A DNA stretch of 64,000 nucleotides, taken from the NCBI GenBank assembly GCA_030706405.1, contig JAUZOO010000002.1:385167-449166 (forward strand), given 5' to 3'. How positions within the stretch are numbered: position 1 is the first letter of the stretch; each line of letters opens with the position of its first letter. The notes under the pieces were generated by a model. The model ran no database searches and was not told where the DNA came from. It saw only the letters and a program-made list of their open reading frames with translations. Position numbers and translations under genes: made by a program. This stretch comes from Bacteroidota bacterium. GTDB lineage: Bacteria; Bacteroidota; Bacteroidia; Bacteroidales; JAAUTT01. Of the stretch, positions 9,203-17,574 are shown one piece after another.

Positions 9203-9673
9203 CTATTTTACTTTCAACAGTTCTTTAATTGCTTTGTCCATTTCTTCTTTGCTTAAAACCCCGGTTGTCATTTGAGGCTTATCTGTGCTGGGGCAAAACA
9301 AAACGGCTGGAATGCTGGAAATACCAAAGTTTGAGGCCAATTCCTGCTGCTCATCAACATTTACTTTATAAACATCAATTTTCCCGTTGTATTCTTTGGC
9401 CACTTGTTCAATTGTAGGAGCAAGCATCCGGCAGGGACCACACCAATCTGCATAAAAGTCTATAATACAAGGCTTATTGCCTTCAAATTTCCATTGTTTA
9501 TTCTTATCGTAATTAAAAACTTTTTGCTTAAAAGTAGCTGCAGTAAGGTGTTCAATTCCTTTAGTTGCAACCGTCTTTGTTTCAACCTGCTTTTTATCCG
9601 CTGATTTGTTCTGGCAACTTGCCATTGGAGCAAGTAATGTTAAAGTCAGCGCTATAATTCCAATTGATTTCAT
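9203..9673 (-). CDS. Exported thioredoxin-family lipoprotein
   Basis: 156 aa with a signal peptide and lipobox (LLAPMASC), then a Trx fold with WCGPC. Confidence 0.85.
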   Translation of the reverse strand: MKSIGIIALTLTLLAPMASCQNKSADKKQVETKTVATKGIEHLTAATFKQKVFNYDKNKQWKFEGNKPCIIDFYADWCGPCRMLAPTIEQVAKEYNGKIDVYKVNVDEQQELASNFGISSIPAVLFCPSTDKPQMTTGVLSKEEMDKAIKELLKVK

Positions 9674-9706
9674 AATTATTTATATTTTAATTATTTACAC
9701 AGTAAA

Positions 9707-10354
9707 TTAGGAACAACTACATTTGGTTCTGGGCCTGATGCCAAGAATTGTGAAACTGGCTACTTCAATTTTCCCCTTTGCATAGGGCTGACTTTCCTCC
9801 ACAATGGAGATCAGTGCGAGGCCAGTATCTTCAATAGTTTGTAGGTATTCACGCTTGGTTACAGCACCAGCCCAACATTCCGCGACTGCTACAGGGTCAT
9901 TTCGGTACTCTTCAGGAACAGGTTTTAATGAATAAATATCACTAATAACAAAGCGTCCGCCAGGCTTTAATATCCTGTAAATTTCCCGCCAAACGGCGTC
10001 TTTGTCTGATGCATGATTAATGGTGCAGTTAGAAATGATAAGGTCGGCAGTTTTTGAGGGTAAGTTTATATTTTCGAGGTCAGATTTTACAAATTCCACA
10101 TTTCGAACATTTAATTTTTCTTTGTTACGATTAGCCTTTTCAATCATTCCATCAGACACATCAATGCCATAAACGAAGCCATTTTCGCCAACGTCTTCAG
10201 CCAAACGCAAGACATCAGTTCCGCGACCACTACCTAAATCAACACATACCTCACCAGGTTGCGGTTTGGAATGATTTATAGCTCCTCCACACGACAAGCA
10301 GCAGGTACCTTCGGCTAAATCACTGTATCTTTTATTTATTTCCAACAAACTCAT
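9707..10354 (-). CDS. arsM: SAM-dependent methyltransferase, arsenite methyltransferase (ArsM)-like, short form
   Basis: 215 aa. Motif I is VDLGSGRGTD. The ArsM-type conserved Cys positions are present: CCLSCGG, SNCTINH and ECWAGA. There is an additional C-terminal KCSCS. Confidence 0.7.
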   Translation of the reverse strand: MSLLEINKRYSDLAEGTCCLSCGGAINHSKPQPGEVCVDLGSGRGTDVLRLAEDVGENGFVYGIDVSDGMIEKANRNKEKLNVRNVEFVKSDLENINLPSKTADLIISNCTINHASDKDAVWREIYRILKPGGRFVISDIYSLKPVPEEYRNDPVAVAECWAGAVTKREYLQTIEDTGLALISIVEESQPYAKGKIEVASFTILGIRPRTKCSCS

Positions 10355-10356
10355 AA

Positions 10357-10569
10357 TTATTTGGTTTTTTGTGTTTTATCGTAATTAATTTCACAAGATG
10401 AGCCTCCACATGCACTGCATCCTGTATTGGTAATAGCCTGTATAACAAAAAACAACCCTAAAAAGGATAGAGCCCCAAAATGCTCACTTATAGCAGCATA
10501 CATCATCATTATTCCTGCTACTAATTTAATAATCCTTATAATATCCCAGTTCGCTAAAAATTTTTTCAT
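10357..10569 (-). CDS. Small two-TM membrane protein with a Cys-rich tail (YgaP/DUF2892-like)
   Basis: 70 aa with two hydrophobic helices and the tail TGCSACGGSSCEINY. Tightly packed between arsR (11-nt gap) and the arsM-like gene (2-nt gap). Confidence 0.55.
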   Translation of the reverse strand: MKKFLANWDIIRIIKLVAGIMMMYAAISEHFGALSFLGLFFVIQAITNTGCSACGGSSCEINYDKTQKTK

Positions 10570-10580
10570 CAGTAATTCAT

Positions 10581-10868
10581 TTACATATTACAGTTACAAT
10601 TTGTTACACAATCGATTATTTGAAGCAGCTTAAGCTCTTTTAGAGAATAATAAACTTGGTTTCCTGATTTAGTTGCAGTCAGTAACCCCTTTATTTTCAT
10701 ATTTATAAGATGATGAGAAATAATGGATTGCTCTGCATTTAGCAACCGGCAAACATCATTTACGGGCAATTGTCCGTGCTTGTGAAGCACATCAATAATT
10801 GCCAATCGTGTAGGATGGGCTATTGTTTTAAGTATAAACGCTGCTTTTTCTAATGTTTCTGCCTGCAT
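10581..10868 (-). CDS. arsR: ArsR/SmtB family metalloregulatory repressor
   Basis: 95 aa winged-helix protein (FILKTIAHPTRLAIIDVL, ISHHLINMKIKGLL) with a C-terminal Cys triad CVTNCNC. Confidence 0.85.
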   Translation of the reverse strand: MQAETLEKAAFILKTIAHPTRLAIIDVLHKHGQLPVNDVCRLLNAEQSIISHHLINMKIKGLLTATKSGNQVYYSLKELKLLQIIDCVTNCNCNM

Positions 10869-10890
10869 AGTTGTTAAATAAATGACAGTA

Positions 10891-10898
10891 CAAATATA
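10891..10898 (-). promoter_or_regulatory. Candidate -7 promoter box (TATATTTG on the minus strand) of the arsR operon
   Basis: Matches TAnnTTTG about 22 nt upstream of the arsR ATG and overlaps the palindrome. Confidence 0.4.
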
Positions 10899-10917
10899 TG
10901 TAAATATTTACATATAT
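10894..10917. promoter_or_regulatory. Perfect 24-bp palindrome, candidate ArsR operator
   Basis: ATATATGTAAATATTTACATATAT equals its own reverse complement. It lies 26-49 nt upstream of the arsR start and overlaps the -7 box. Confidence 0.55.
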
Positions 10918-11038
10918 TGTATTTTAGATTAAAATTTTTGGTCCCAAAAATCCAGTTTCATAGTTGATTGATTTACAAGAAAAGGCCTAGGAAGTTATTA
11001 ATCTTTACCCTCATTCTTATAAATATCAAATAACTTTT

Positions 11039-11046
11039 TATTTTTG
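11039..11046 (+). promoter_or_regulatory. Candidate -7 promoter box (TATTTTTG) for fabG
   Basis: Matches TAnnTTTG 25 nt upstream of the fabG ATG. Confidence 0.35.
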
Positions 11047-11070
11047 TGCGTCAAATAAAAAAAAATTACG

Positions 11071-11817
11071 ATGAAATTACTCGAAGGAAAAACTGCCGTC
11101 ATTACAGGTGCTGCCCGAGGCATTGGAAAATCCATTGCGTTGCGCTTTGCCGCCGAAGGTGCCAATATTGCCTTCACCGATTTGGCTTACAACGAAAGTG
11201 TTCAGGCTTTAGAGCAGGAACTTTCTGCGTTTGGTGTGAAAGCAAAAGGGTACGCTTCGAATGCTGCTAATTATGCTGATACAACCGAAGTAGTTAATAA
11301 AATTATTGAAGACTTTGGCCGTATTGATGTTTTAGTAAACAATGCCGGTATTACCCGCGATACTCTTTTGATGCGTATGACTGAAGAACAATGGGATTTG
11401 GTTATTAACGTCAATTTGAAATCGGTTTTTAATTTTACCAAAGCAGTTCAGCCCATCATGCTTAAGCAAAAATCGGGCAGCATTGTTAATATGAGTTCGG
11501 TTGTTGGGGTTTCTGGTAACGCCGGACAAGCTAACTATTCTGCATCCAAGGCTGGTATTATTGGTTTTTCGAAATCGGTAGCTAAGGAATTAGGCTCAAG
11601 AAATATCCGTTGCAATGCTATTGCTCCCGGATTTATTGTAACCGAAATGACCGGAGCTCTTCCGGAAGATGTTCGTAAAGGTTGGACCGATAAAATTCCA
11701 TTGAAAAGGGGCGGAACTCCTGAGGATGTTGCCAATGCTACATTATTCCTTGCTTCCGATTTATCTTCGTATGTTTCCGGACAAGTTATCAATGTTTGTG
11801 GCGGAATGAATACCTAA
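11071..11817 (+). CDS. fabG: 3-oxoacyl-[acyl-carrier-protein] reductase
   Basis: 248 aa classical SDR with TGAARGIG, NNAG and YSASK, plus the FabG-like C-terminus GQVINVCGGM. Confidence 0.9.
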   Translation: MKLLEGKTAVITGAARGIGKSIALRFAAEGANIAFTDLAYNESVQALEQELSAFGVKAKGYASNAANYADTTEVVNKIIEDFGRIDVLVNNAGITRDTLLMRMTEEQWDLVINVNLKSVFNFTKAVQPIMLKQKSGSIVNMSSVVGVSGNAGQANYSASKAGIIGFSKSVAKELGSRNIRCNAIAPGFIVTEMTGALPEDVRKGWTDKIPLKRGGTPEDVANATLFLASDLSSYVSGQVINVCGGMNT

Positions 11818-11837
11818 TAAAAAATGATTATTACATA

Positions 11838-11869
11838 AAAAAAACCACCTAAAATAAGGTGGTTTTTTT
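11838..11869 (+). terminator. Rho-independent terminator after fabG
   Basis: Hairpin aaaaaaaccacct / aggtggttttttt. Confidence 0.7.
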
Positions 11870-11897
11870 ATTTTTACACATTGTCAACTAAAGGCCA

Positions 11898-12845
11898 ATG
11901 AAGTCGATTGCTGTGTTAATTATTTGTGTATGTGTGATATTATCGTCTTGTACAAGTAATCGATATATTGATATACAAGTACTTAATCCAGCAGCTTTAA
12001 CATTGTCGACAAATCTTACCAATTTATATATCATAGAGGGTTTAAAACCGACAGAGCTGTCTAATCTGTCAATTATTAAAACTCGTTATCCAAGATTGAA
12101 TTATTACAATCAACTCACCAATAGTTTTAATCTGAACCTGAAAAAGAATTTAGAAGAATCTCCATTATTTCAGCATACAGCTATATCGATAAAAAAAGCA
12201 AAGGAAGTATTAATGGAAACGTCGAATCTTCCAAATCAGTTAAAAGAAAAGCAAATGGTAATTTTTCCGGGGTTTGGATTAGTAATCGACACCTCTCATT
12301 TGCATGTCTATAGTAATGAATATGGCTACGCTTATATAGTTTTTTCGCTGTTCAAAGTTGATATTTCTAATCTTCAGGCAAATACAATTTTAGACACGCA
12401 TCAATTTCAGGATACCCTAATTTGGGAAATCCAAAATTATTCTGATTTGCGACAGTTGCCCAAAGAAGCTATTTTTGAAATTGGAAAAATTGCGGCAAAA
12501 AAATATGCTAACCACATTGCTCCATACTGGACCACAGAAGAGCGTCAGCTGTTTTATTCCAACAATAGTTTGATGCGTGGAGGTTACAATAAATTTGTAA
12601 CAAATGACTATGAGGGAGCGAAAGCTGTATGGGAAAAATTATATGAAACCGGAACCAGAAGGTTAGCTGCTAAATCAGCTTTTAATATAGCATTGGCGTG
12701 CGAGTTGCTAGATGATTTGGATCACTGCGAAGAATGGCTCAAGCGATCAATAAAATCAATGCAATATATTGAAGCTACTAGTTATCTGAAGATTATTGAA
12801 AAACGAAAAGCAATTCGTCCTGTTTTAAACCGTCAAATTAAGTGA
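11898..12845 (+). CDS. Lipoprotein of unknown function with a TPR-like C-terminus
   Basis: 315 aa with a lipobox (ILSSC). The C-terminal helical region (GAKAVWEKLYE, AAKSAFNIALACELLDD) is TPR-like. Confidence 0.5.
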   Translation: MKSIAVLIICVCVILSSCTSNRYIDIQVLNPAALTLSTNLTNLYIIEGLKPTELSNLSIIKTRYPRLNYYNQLTNSFNLNLKKNLEESPLFQHTAISIKKAKEVLMETSNLPNQLKEKQMVIFPGFGLVIDTSHLHVYSNEYGYAYIVFSLFKVDISNLQANTILDTHQFQDTLIWEIQNYSDLRQLPKEAIFEIGKIAAKKYANHIAPYWTTEERQLFYSNNSLMRGGYNKFVTNDYEGAKAVWEKLYETGTRRLAAKSAFNIALACELLDDLDHCEEWLKRSIKSMQYIEATSYLKIIEKRKAIRPVLNRQIK

Positions 12846-12880
12846 CTTTAAATTATTCATCTTTATAATTCCATTATTTT

Positions 12881-14113
12881 ATGTATAATACTATTTTTTA
12901 TATCGTTATTGCAATAATAGTTTTCGATTTTGTACTAGAAAGATGGCTAAACTACTTGAATGCCCAAAAGCGTAACACACCTCTACCTGATGAACTTAAA
13001 GATATTTATGACGAAAATAAATATCAGAAATCGATTGAGTACGATATAGCTAACAGCAAATTTAGTTTTGTAACGAGTACTTTTAACTTTGTTATCATCT
13101 TGTTAATGTTGTTTCTGGAAGGTTTTGCCTGGGTTGATAATATTGCTGGAAGTTATTCGTATAACCCAATATTTAAGGCTCTTCTGTTTTTTGCTATACT
13201 CGGCTTTGCTTCTGATATTCTAAATATGCCGTTCAACATTTATAATACATTTGTAATCGAGGATAGATTTGGTTTCAATAAAACTACTGTTAGAACATTT
13301 GTGCTGGATAAACTGAAAGGTTGGCTGCTTTCTATTCTGTTAGGAGGAGTTTTAGCTTATATAATACTTTGGTTTTATTACCAGACAACAACAATGTTCT
13401 GGATATATGCTTGGGCTATTTCCTCCGGATTTATGATATTCTTTGCTATGTTCTATTCAAACCTTATTGTGCCTTTATTTAATAAACAAGAGCCGTTGGA
13501 AGATGGGGAACTAAAGGACGCTATCTGTAAATTCGCCGATAAAGTTGATTTTAAGCTTGATAATATTTATAAGATTAATGGATCCAAACGATCCTCCAAA
13601 GCCAATGCATATTTTACTGGTTTGGGTGCCAAGAAACGGATTGTATTATACGACACCTTGATTAATGAACTTACAACCAACGAAATTGTGGCAGTCTTGG
13701 CTCATGAAATTGGGCATTACAAACGTAAACATACGTTACAAAGTATTATTTTGTCGGTAGTACAAACTGGGTTAACCTTCTATCTAATTTCAATATTTTT
13801 GAGGATTCCGGCATTATCACAGGCATTGGGAGTAGAGCAGCCCTGTTTCCATATTGGAATCATTGCTTTTGGCATATTATACAGTCCCTTTTCACTTATT
13901 ATAGGGTTGATAATGAATATTCTATCACGAAAAAATGAATATGAAGCAGATCTTTATGCTCGACAAAACTTTGATGCAGAAAATCTTATAAGTTCACTTA
14001 AAAAGCTATCAAATAGTAATTTAAGTAATTTAACTCCGCATCCTGTGTATGTATTTTTTCATTATTCACACCCAACATTACTTGACAGAATCAATGCTTT
14101 ACGCAAAAACTGA
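12881..14113 (+). CDS. M48 family zinc metallopeptidase (Ste24/CAAX prenyl protease-like)
   Basis: 410 aa, multi-TM, with the HEIGH zinc motif (LAHEIGHYKRKH) and the C-terminal HPTLLDRI. Confidence 0.85.
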   Translation: MYNTIFYIVIAIIVFDFVLERWLNYLNAQKRNTPLPDELKDIYDENKYQKSIEYDIANSKFSFVTSTFNFVIILLMLFLEGFAWVDNIAGSYSYNPIFKALLFFAILGFASDILNMPFNIYNTFVIEDRFGFNKTTVRTFVLDKLKGWLLSILLGGVLAYIILWFYYQTTTMFWIYAWAISSGFMIFFAMFYSNLIVPLFNKQEPLEDGELKDAICKFADKVDFKLDNIYKINGSKRSSKANAYFTGLGAKKRIVLYDTLINELTTNEIVAVLAHEIGHYKRKHTLQSIILSVVQTGLTFYLISIFLRIPALSQALGVEQPCFHIGIIAFGILYSPFSLIIGLIMNILSRKNEYEADLYARQNFDAENLISSLKKLSNSNLSNLTPHPVYVFFHYSHPTLLDRINALRKN

Positions 14114-14153
14114 TTTTTTTACCATCAAAAGTATTTAACAAAGCAAAAAATTA

Positions 14154-14161
14154 TAATTTTG
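14154..14161 (+). promoter_or_regulatory. Candidate -7 box (TAATTTTG) upstream of tRNA-Thr
   Basis: Matches TAnnTTTG 57 nt upstream of the tRNA. Confidence 0.3.
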
Positions 14162-14217
14162 TACCACTTTTTAAAAATCAGCTGGATTTAAATCTACATT
14201 TTTAATGAAGCATAAAA

Positions 14218-14289
14218 GCCTCTTTAGCTCAGCGGTAGAGCAGCTGTTTCGTAAACAGCAGGTCGGGGGTTCAAATCCCCTGAGAGGCT
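14218..14289 (+). tRNA. tRNA-Thr (anticodon CGT)
   Basis: Cloverleaf folded manually: acceptor GCCTCTT/GAGAGGC, D arm GCTC..GAGC, anticodon stem GCTGT/ACAGC with loop TTCGTAA, T arm GGGGG-TTCAAAT-CCCCT. Confidence 0.9.
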
Positions 14290-14322
14290 CAAATTATTTG
14301 AATATTTACATCAAATAATTAT

Positions 14323-14330
14323 TATATTTG
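14323..14330 (+). promoter_or_regulatory. Candidate -7 box (TATATTTG) upstream of tRNA-Gly
   Basis: Matches TAnnTTTG, ending 16 nt before the tRNA 5' end. Confidence 0.4.
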
Positions 14331-14345
14331 TCAATCGATCAAAAT

Positions 14346-14418
14346 GCGGGAGTAGCTCAGTTGGTAGAGCATCAGCTTCCCAAGCTGAGGGTCGCGGGTC
14401 CGAATCCCGTCTCCCGCT
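14346..14418 (+). tRNA. tRNA-Gly (anticodon CCC)
   Basis: Cloverleaf: acceptor GCGGGAG/CTCCCGC, D arm GCTC..GAGC, anticodon stem TCAGC/GCTGA with loop TTCCCAA, T arm GCGGG-TCCGAAT-CCCGT. Confidence 0.9.
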
Positions 14419-14430
14419 CATTAAGATTAC

Positions 14431-14459
14431 AAAGCACGTTTTACAAGCGTGCTTTTTTT
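14431..14459 (+). terminator. Rho-independent terminator after the tRNA pair
   Basis: Hairpin aagcacg / cgtgctt followed by a T-run. Confidence 0.6.
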
Positions 14460-14489
14460 ATAATCAGTATTAATTTCAAATAAATCAAA

Positions 14490-15761
14490 ATGTTACCTCA
14501 AAATATAAATGCTGAAATTATTACTATAGGCGACGAAATCCTGATCGGACAAATCATTGATTCTAATTCGGCATGGATAGCACAACAGCTCAATTTGTTA
14601 GGAATTAATGTTTATCAGATAACTTCTATATCTGATAATAATAAGCATATTATTAATGCATTAGATTTGGCCTCGTCGAGAGCAGATTTAATTTTGGTAA
14701 CCGGCGGTTTAGGTCCCACCCGCGACGATCTTACTAAAAGTACCATTACCAATTATTTTAATGCAAAGCTTAAAAAAGATGAGACGGTGCTGAATCACAT
14801 TCGTCAATTGCTAGAACCCAAAAAGGTAACAGTTAATGAGTTAAATATTGGCCAGGCTGATGTGCCTGATAATTGCCAAGTTTTGCATAACGCATATGGA
14901 ACAGCTCCCGGCATGTGGTTTGAAAAAAACGAGAAGATTTATGTCTTTATGCCAGGTGTTCCTTTTGAGATGAGAGGAATTGTAAAGGAAGAACTGCTGC
15001 CACGATTAAAGCAATACTTCAAGAGTCCGGCTATTGTCCATAAAACACTTATGTTGCAAGGCATTGCCGAATCAATGTTGGCAAAGCACATAGAGCCTTG
15101 GGAATTACAGCTTCCTTCAAATATAAAACTGGCTTATTTACCTTCGCCAGGAATAATTAGGCTTAGACTTACAGCCCGAGGAGATTCCCAAAAAGCCTTG
15201 GCTGGTTTAATTGATGTAGAAATAAACAAACTTAAACCTTTAATAGAAGACTGGTTCTTTAGTGAACAAGATGAACAGCTCGAGATGGTTATATCTAAAC
15301 TATTAAAAAACAATAATAAAACGATATCTACCGCTGAGAGCTGCACCGGAGGAAAATTAGCCAGTTTAATAACTTCAATTTCTGGGGCATCCGAATATTT
15401 TAGGGGTTCAGTTGTTGCTTATGCTAACGACATAAAAATAAAAATACTTGGAGTACCTGCTGAAATAATTGCCACAAATGGAGCTGTAAGTCAAACTGTT
15501 GTTGAGATTATGGCCCAACAAGCCAGAGAATTATTTAATACAGATTATGCCATAGCTACTTCCGGAATCGCCGGACCCGAAGGAGGGACTCCCGAGAAAC
15601 CAGTCGGTACCGTATGGATTGCAGTTTCATCACATAATCAAACTATTACAAAGATGTATTCCTTCGGCGACAACAATCGTGAGCGCAACATCCAACGGAC
15701 TTCGTCAAGTGCGCTGAATGAGCTGAGAAAGTTGATATTACTGGAAACCGAAGGAGAATAA
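14490..15761 (+). CDS. cinA: CinA-family protein (MoCF-binding domain plus nicotinamide-nucleotide amidohydrolase PncC domain)
   Basis: 423 aa. N-terminal IITIGDEILIGQIIDSNS and VTGGLGPTRDD. C-terminal AESCTGG and ATSGIAGPEGG. Confidence 0.9.
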   Translation: MLPQNINAEIITIGDEILIGQIIDSNSAWIAQQLNLLGINVYQITSISDNNKHIINALDLASSRADLILVTGGLGPTRDDLTKSTITNYFNAKLKKDETVLNHIRQLLEPKKVTVNELNIGQADVPDNCQVLHNAYGTAPGMWFEKNEKIYVFMPGVPFEMRGIVKEELLPRLKQYFKSPAIVHKTLMLQGIAESMLAKHIEPWELQLPSNIKLAYLPSPGIIRLRLTARGDSQKALAGLIDVEINKLKPLIEDWFFSEQDEQLEMVISKLLKNNNKTISTAESCTGGKLASLITSISGASEYFRGSVVAYANDIKIKILGVPAEIIATNGAVSQTVVEIMAQQARELFNTDYAIATSGIAGPEGGTPEKPVGTVWIAVSSHNQTITKMYSFGDNNRERNIQRTSSSALNELRKLILLETEGE

Positions 15762-15785
15762 AATAATTGTCAAAAAAGTTGTTAA

Positions 15786-15793
15786 TAAATTTG
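15786..15793 (+). promoter_or_regulatory. Candidate -7 box (TAAATTTG) for the rpmB-rpmG operon
   Basis: Matches TAnnTTTG about 66 nt upstream of rpmB. Confidence 0.3.
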
Positions 15794-15859
15794 ATTAATT
15801 CGATATTAATTACGACTTTTGCGACCTGTTAAACGAGTACTAGGTAAAAATATAGAAAC

Positions 15860-16102
15860 ATGTCACAGATTTGTCAGATTACCGGAAAGAGAGTGATGGT
15901 TGGGAATAACGTATCACACTCCAAAAGAAGAACAAAACGCACTTTTATGCCGAATCTTTTTGTAAAAAGATTTTTTCTCGAAAACGAAGACCGTTGGGTA
16001 ACCCTTAAAGTTTCCGCAGCAGGCATTAGAGACATTACTAAAAAAGGTCTGTCTCAAGCATTAAAAGATGCTCAGACCAATGGTTTTATTACAAAGTATT
16101 AA
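15860..16102 (+). CDS. rpmB: 50S ribosomal protein L28
   Basis: 80 aa, beginning [29 protein letters not shown], typical of bL28. Confidence 0.95.
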   Translation: MSQICQITGKRVMVGNNVSHSKRRTKRTFMPNLFVKRFFLENEDRWVTLKVSAAGIRDITKKGLSQALKDAQTNGFITKY

Positions 16103-16122
16103 TAATTTAAACTCCACGAGAA

Positions 16123-16305
16123 ATGGCTAAAAAAGGTAACAGAATTCAAGTTATTCTGGAATGCACCGAGCATAAGGATAGTGGTATGCCAGGAACTTCG
16201 AGGTATATTACTACTAAAAATAAAAAAAATACCCCTGAGCGCATAGAATTGAAAAAATACAATCCTATACTCAAGAAAATAACTGTACATAAAGAAATCA
16301 AATAA
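16123..16305 (+). CDS. rpmG: 50S ribosomal protein L33
   Basis: 60 aa, containing [17 protein letters not shown] and [21 protein letters not shown], typical of bL33. Confidence 0.95.
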   Translation: MAKKGNRIQVILECTEHKDSGMPGTSRYITTKNKKNTPERIELKKYNPILKKITVHKEIK

Positions 16306-16317
16306 TTTTTATAAACC

Positions 16318-16476
16318 ATGGCAAAGAAAGTAGTTGCAACACTTAAACAAAAAGGTGCTGGCAAAGGTGTAGCCAAAGTTATTAAAATGGTAAAGTCCGA
16401 AAAAACCGGAGCATATACCTTCCAGGAAGAAATTATTCCTTCTGAAGAAATCAAGGATTTTCTTGCTAAGAAATAA
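16318..16476 (+). CDS. DUF4295-type small basic protein (Bacteroidota-specific, follows rpmG)
   Basis: 52-aa ORF (MAKKVVATLKQKGAGKGVAKVIKMVKSEKTGAYTFQEEIIPSEEIKDFLAKK) starting 12 nt after rpmG and followed by a terminator. Below the ORF-track cutoff. Confidence 0.7.
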   Translation: MAKKVVATLKQKGAGKGVAKVIKMVKSEKTGAYTFQEEIIPSEEIKDFLAKK

Positions 16477-16500
16477 TGTTAAAATAACATATTTATAGAA

Positions 16501-16531
16501 AAAGCTTTCTTCTTTTTGAAGAAGGCTTTTT
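16501..16531 (+). terminator. Rho-independent terminator after the rpmB-rpmG-DUF4295 operon
   Basis: Hairpin gctttcttc / gaagaaggc followed by TTTTT. Confidence 0.5.
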
Positions 16532-16551
16532 CTATTTATTAATTAAATACT

Positions 16552-17502
16552 ATGGCACTATTTGGCTTTTTCTCCAAGGATAAAAAAGAAACGCTCAATA
16601 AAGGGCTGGAAAAGACAAAAACCAGCGTATTGCAAAAAATTTCAAGAGCTATCGTTGGCAAATCGAAAGTAGACGACGAAGTTCTCGATAATCTTGAGGA
16701 GGTGTTGATTACTTCGGATGTTGGCGTTGACACAACGGTTAAAATTGTCGAACGTATCGAAAATCGTATATCCCGCGACAAATATGTAAATACCGAGGAA
16801 CTCCAGTCTATTTTGCGCGAAGAAATTGCCAATCTGCTAGAGGAAAACAATACCGGAGAAGCTAAAGATTTTGCCTCTATACCAGACAAGAAGCCATACG
16901 TAATTATGGTAGTGGGAGTTAATGGGGTAGGAAAAACCACCACCATTGGAAAACTCGCCTACCAATTTAAAAAAGCAGGTAAAAAAGTACTGCTTGGTGC
17001 CGCCGATACATTTCGTGCTGCTGCTGTAGATCAGTTAGTTATATGGAGCGATAGGGCAGGGGTCGATATTATAAAACAGACCATGGGGGCTGATCCCGCT
17101 GCCGTAGCGTTTGATACTGTTAATTCGGCTGTTGCCAATGATTATGATATTGTTATCATCGATACTGCCGGGCGTTTACACAATAAAGTAAACCTGATGA
17201 ATGAGCTAACCAAGGTTAAACGGGTTATGCAAAAAGTGGTACCAGATGCACCTCATGAAGTTTTGTTAGTTCTTGATGGATCTACAGGACAAAATGCATT
17301 TGAACAGGCTCGTCATTTTACCCTTGCTACAGATGTTACTGCATTGGCACTCACTAAATTGGATGGAACAGCCAAGGGGGGAGTGGTTATCGGAATTTCC
17401 GACCAATTCAAAATTCCCGTCCGGTACATAGGTATCGGAGAAGGAATTGAAGATTTACAAGTTTTTGATAAACATGAATTTGTAGACTCTTTATTTAATT
17501 AA
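16552..17502 (+). CDS. ftsY: Signal recognition particle receptor FtsY
   Basis: 316 aa with the SRP GTPase motifs GVNGVGKTTTIGKLA, DTAGRL and TKLDGTAKGG. Confidence 0.95.
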   Translation: MALFGFFSKDKKETLNKGLEKTKTSVLQKISRAIVGKSKVDDEVLDNLEEVLITSDVGVDTTVKIVERIENRISRDKYVNTEELQSILREEIANLLEENNTGEAKDFASIPDKKPYVIMVVGVNGVGKTTTIGKLAYQFKKAGKKVLLGAADTFRAAAVDQLVIWSDRAGVDIIKQTMGADPAAVAFDTVNSAVANDYDIVIIDTAGRLHNKVNLMNELTKVKRVMQKVVPDAPHEVLLVLDGSTGQNAFEQARHFTLATDVTALALTKLDGTAKGGVVIGISDQFKIPVRYIGIGEGIEDLQVFDKHEFVDSLFN

Positions 17503-17531
17503 TTGATTTTAAGAATATTATTTGAAATATT

Positions 17532-17561
17532 TGGCGCACGCTTATAACGCGCGCCATTTTT
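17532..17561 (+). terminator. Rho-independent terminator after ftsY
   Basis: GC-rich hairpin tggcgc..gcgcca followed by TTTTT. Confidence 0.6.
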
Positions 17562-17574
17562 ATTTTACTTCATT

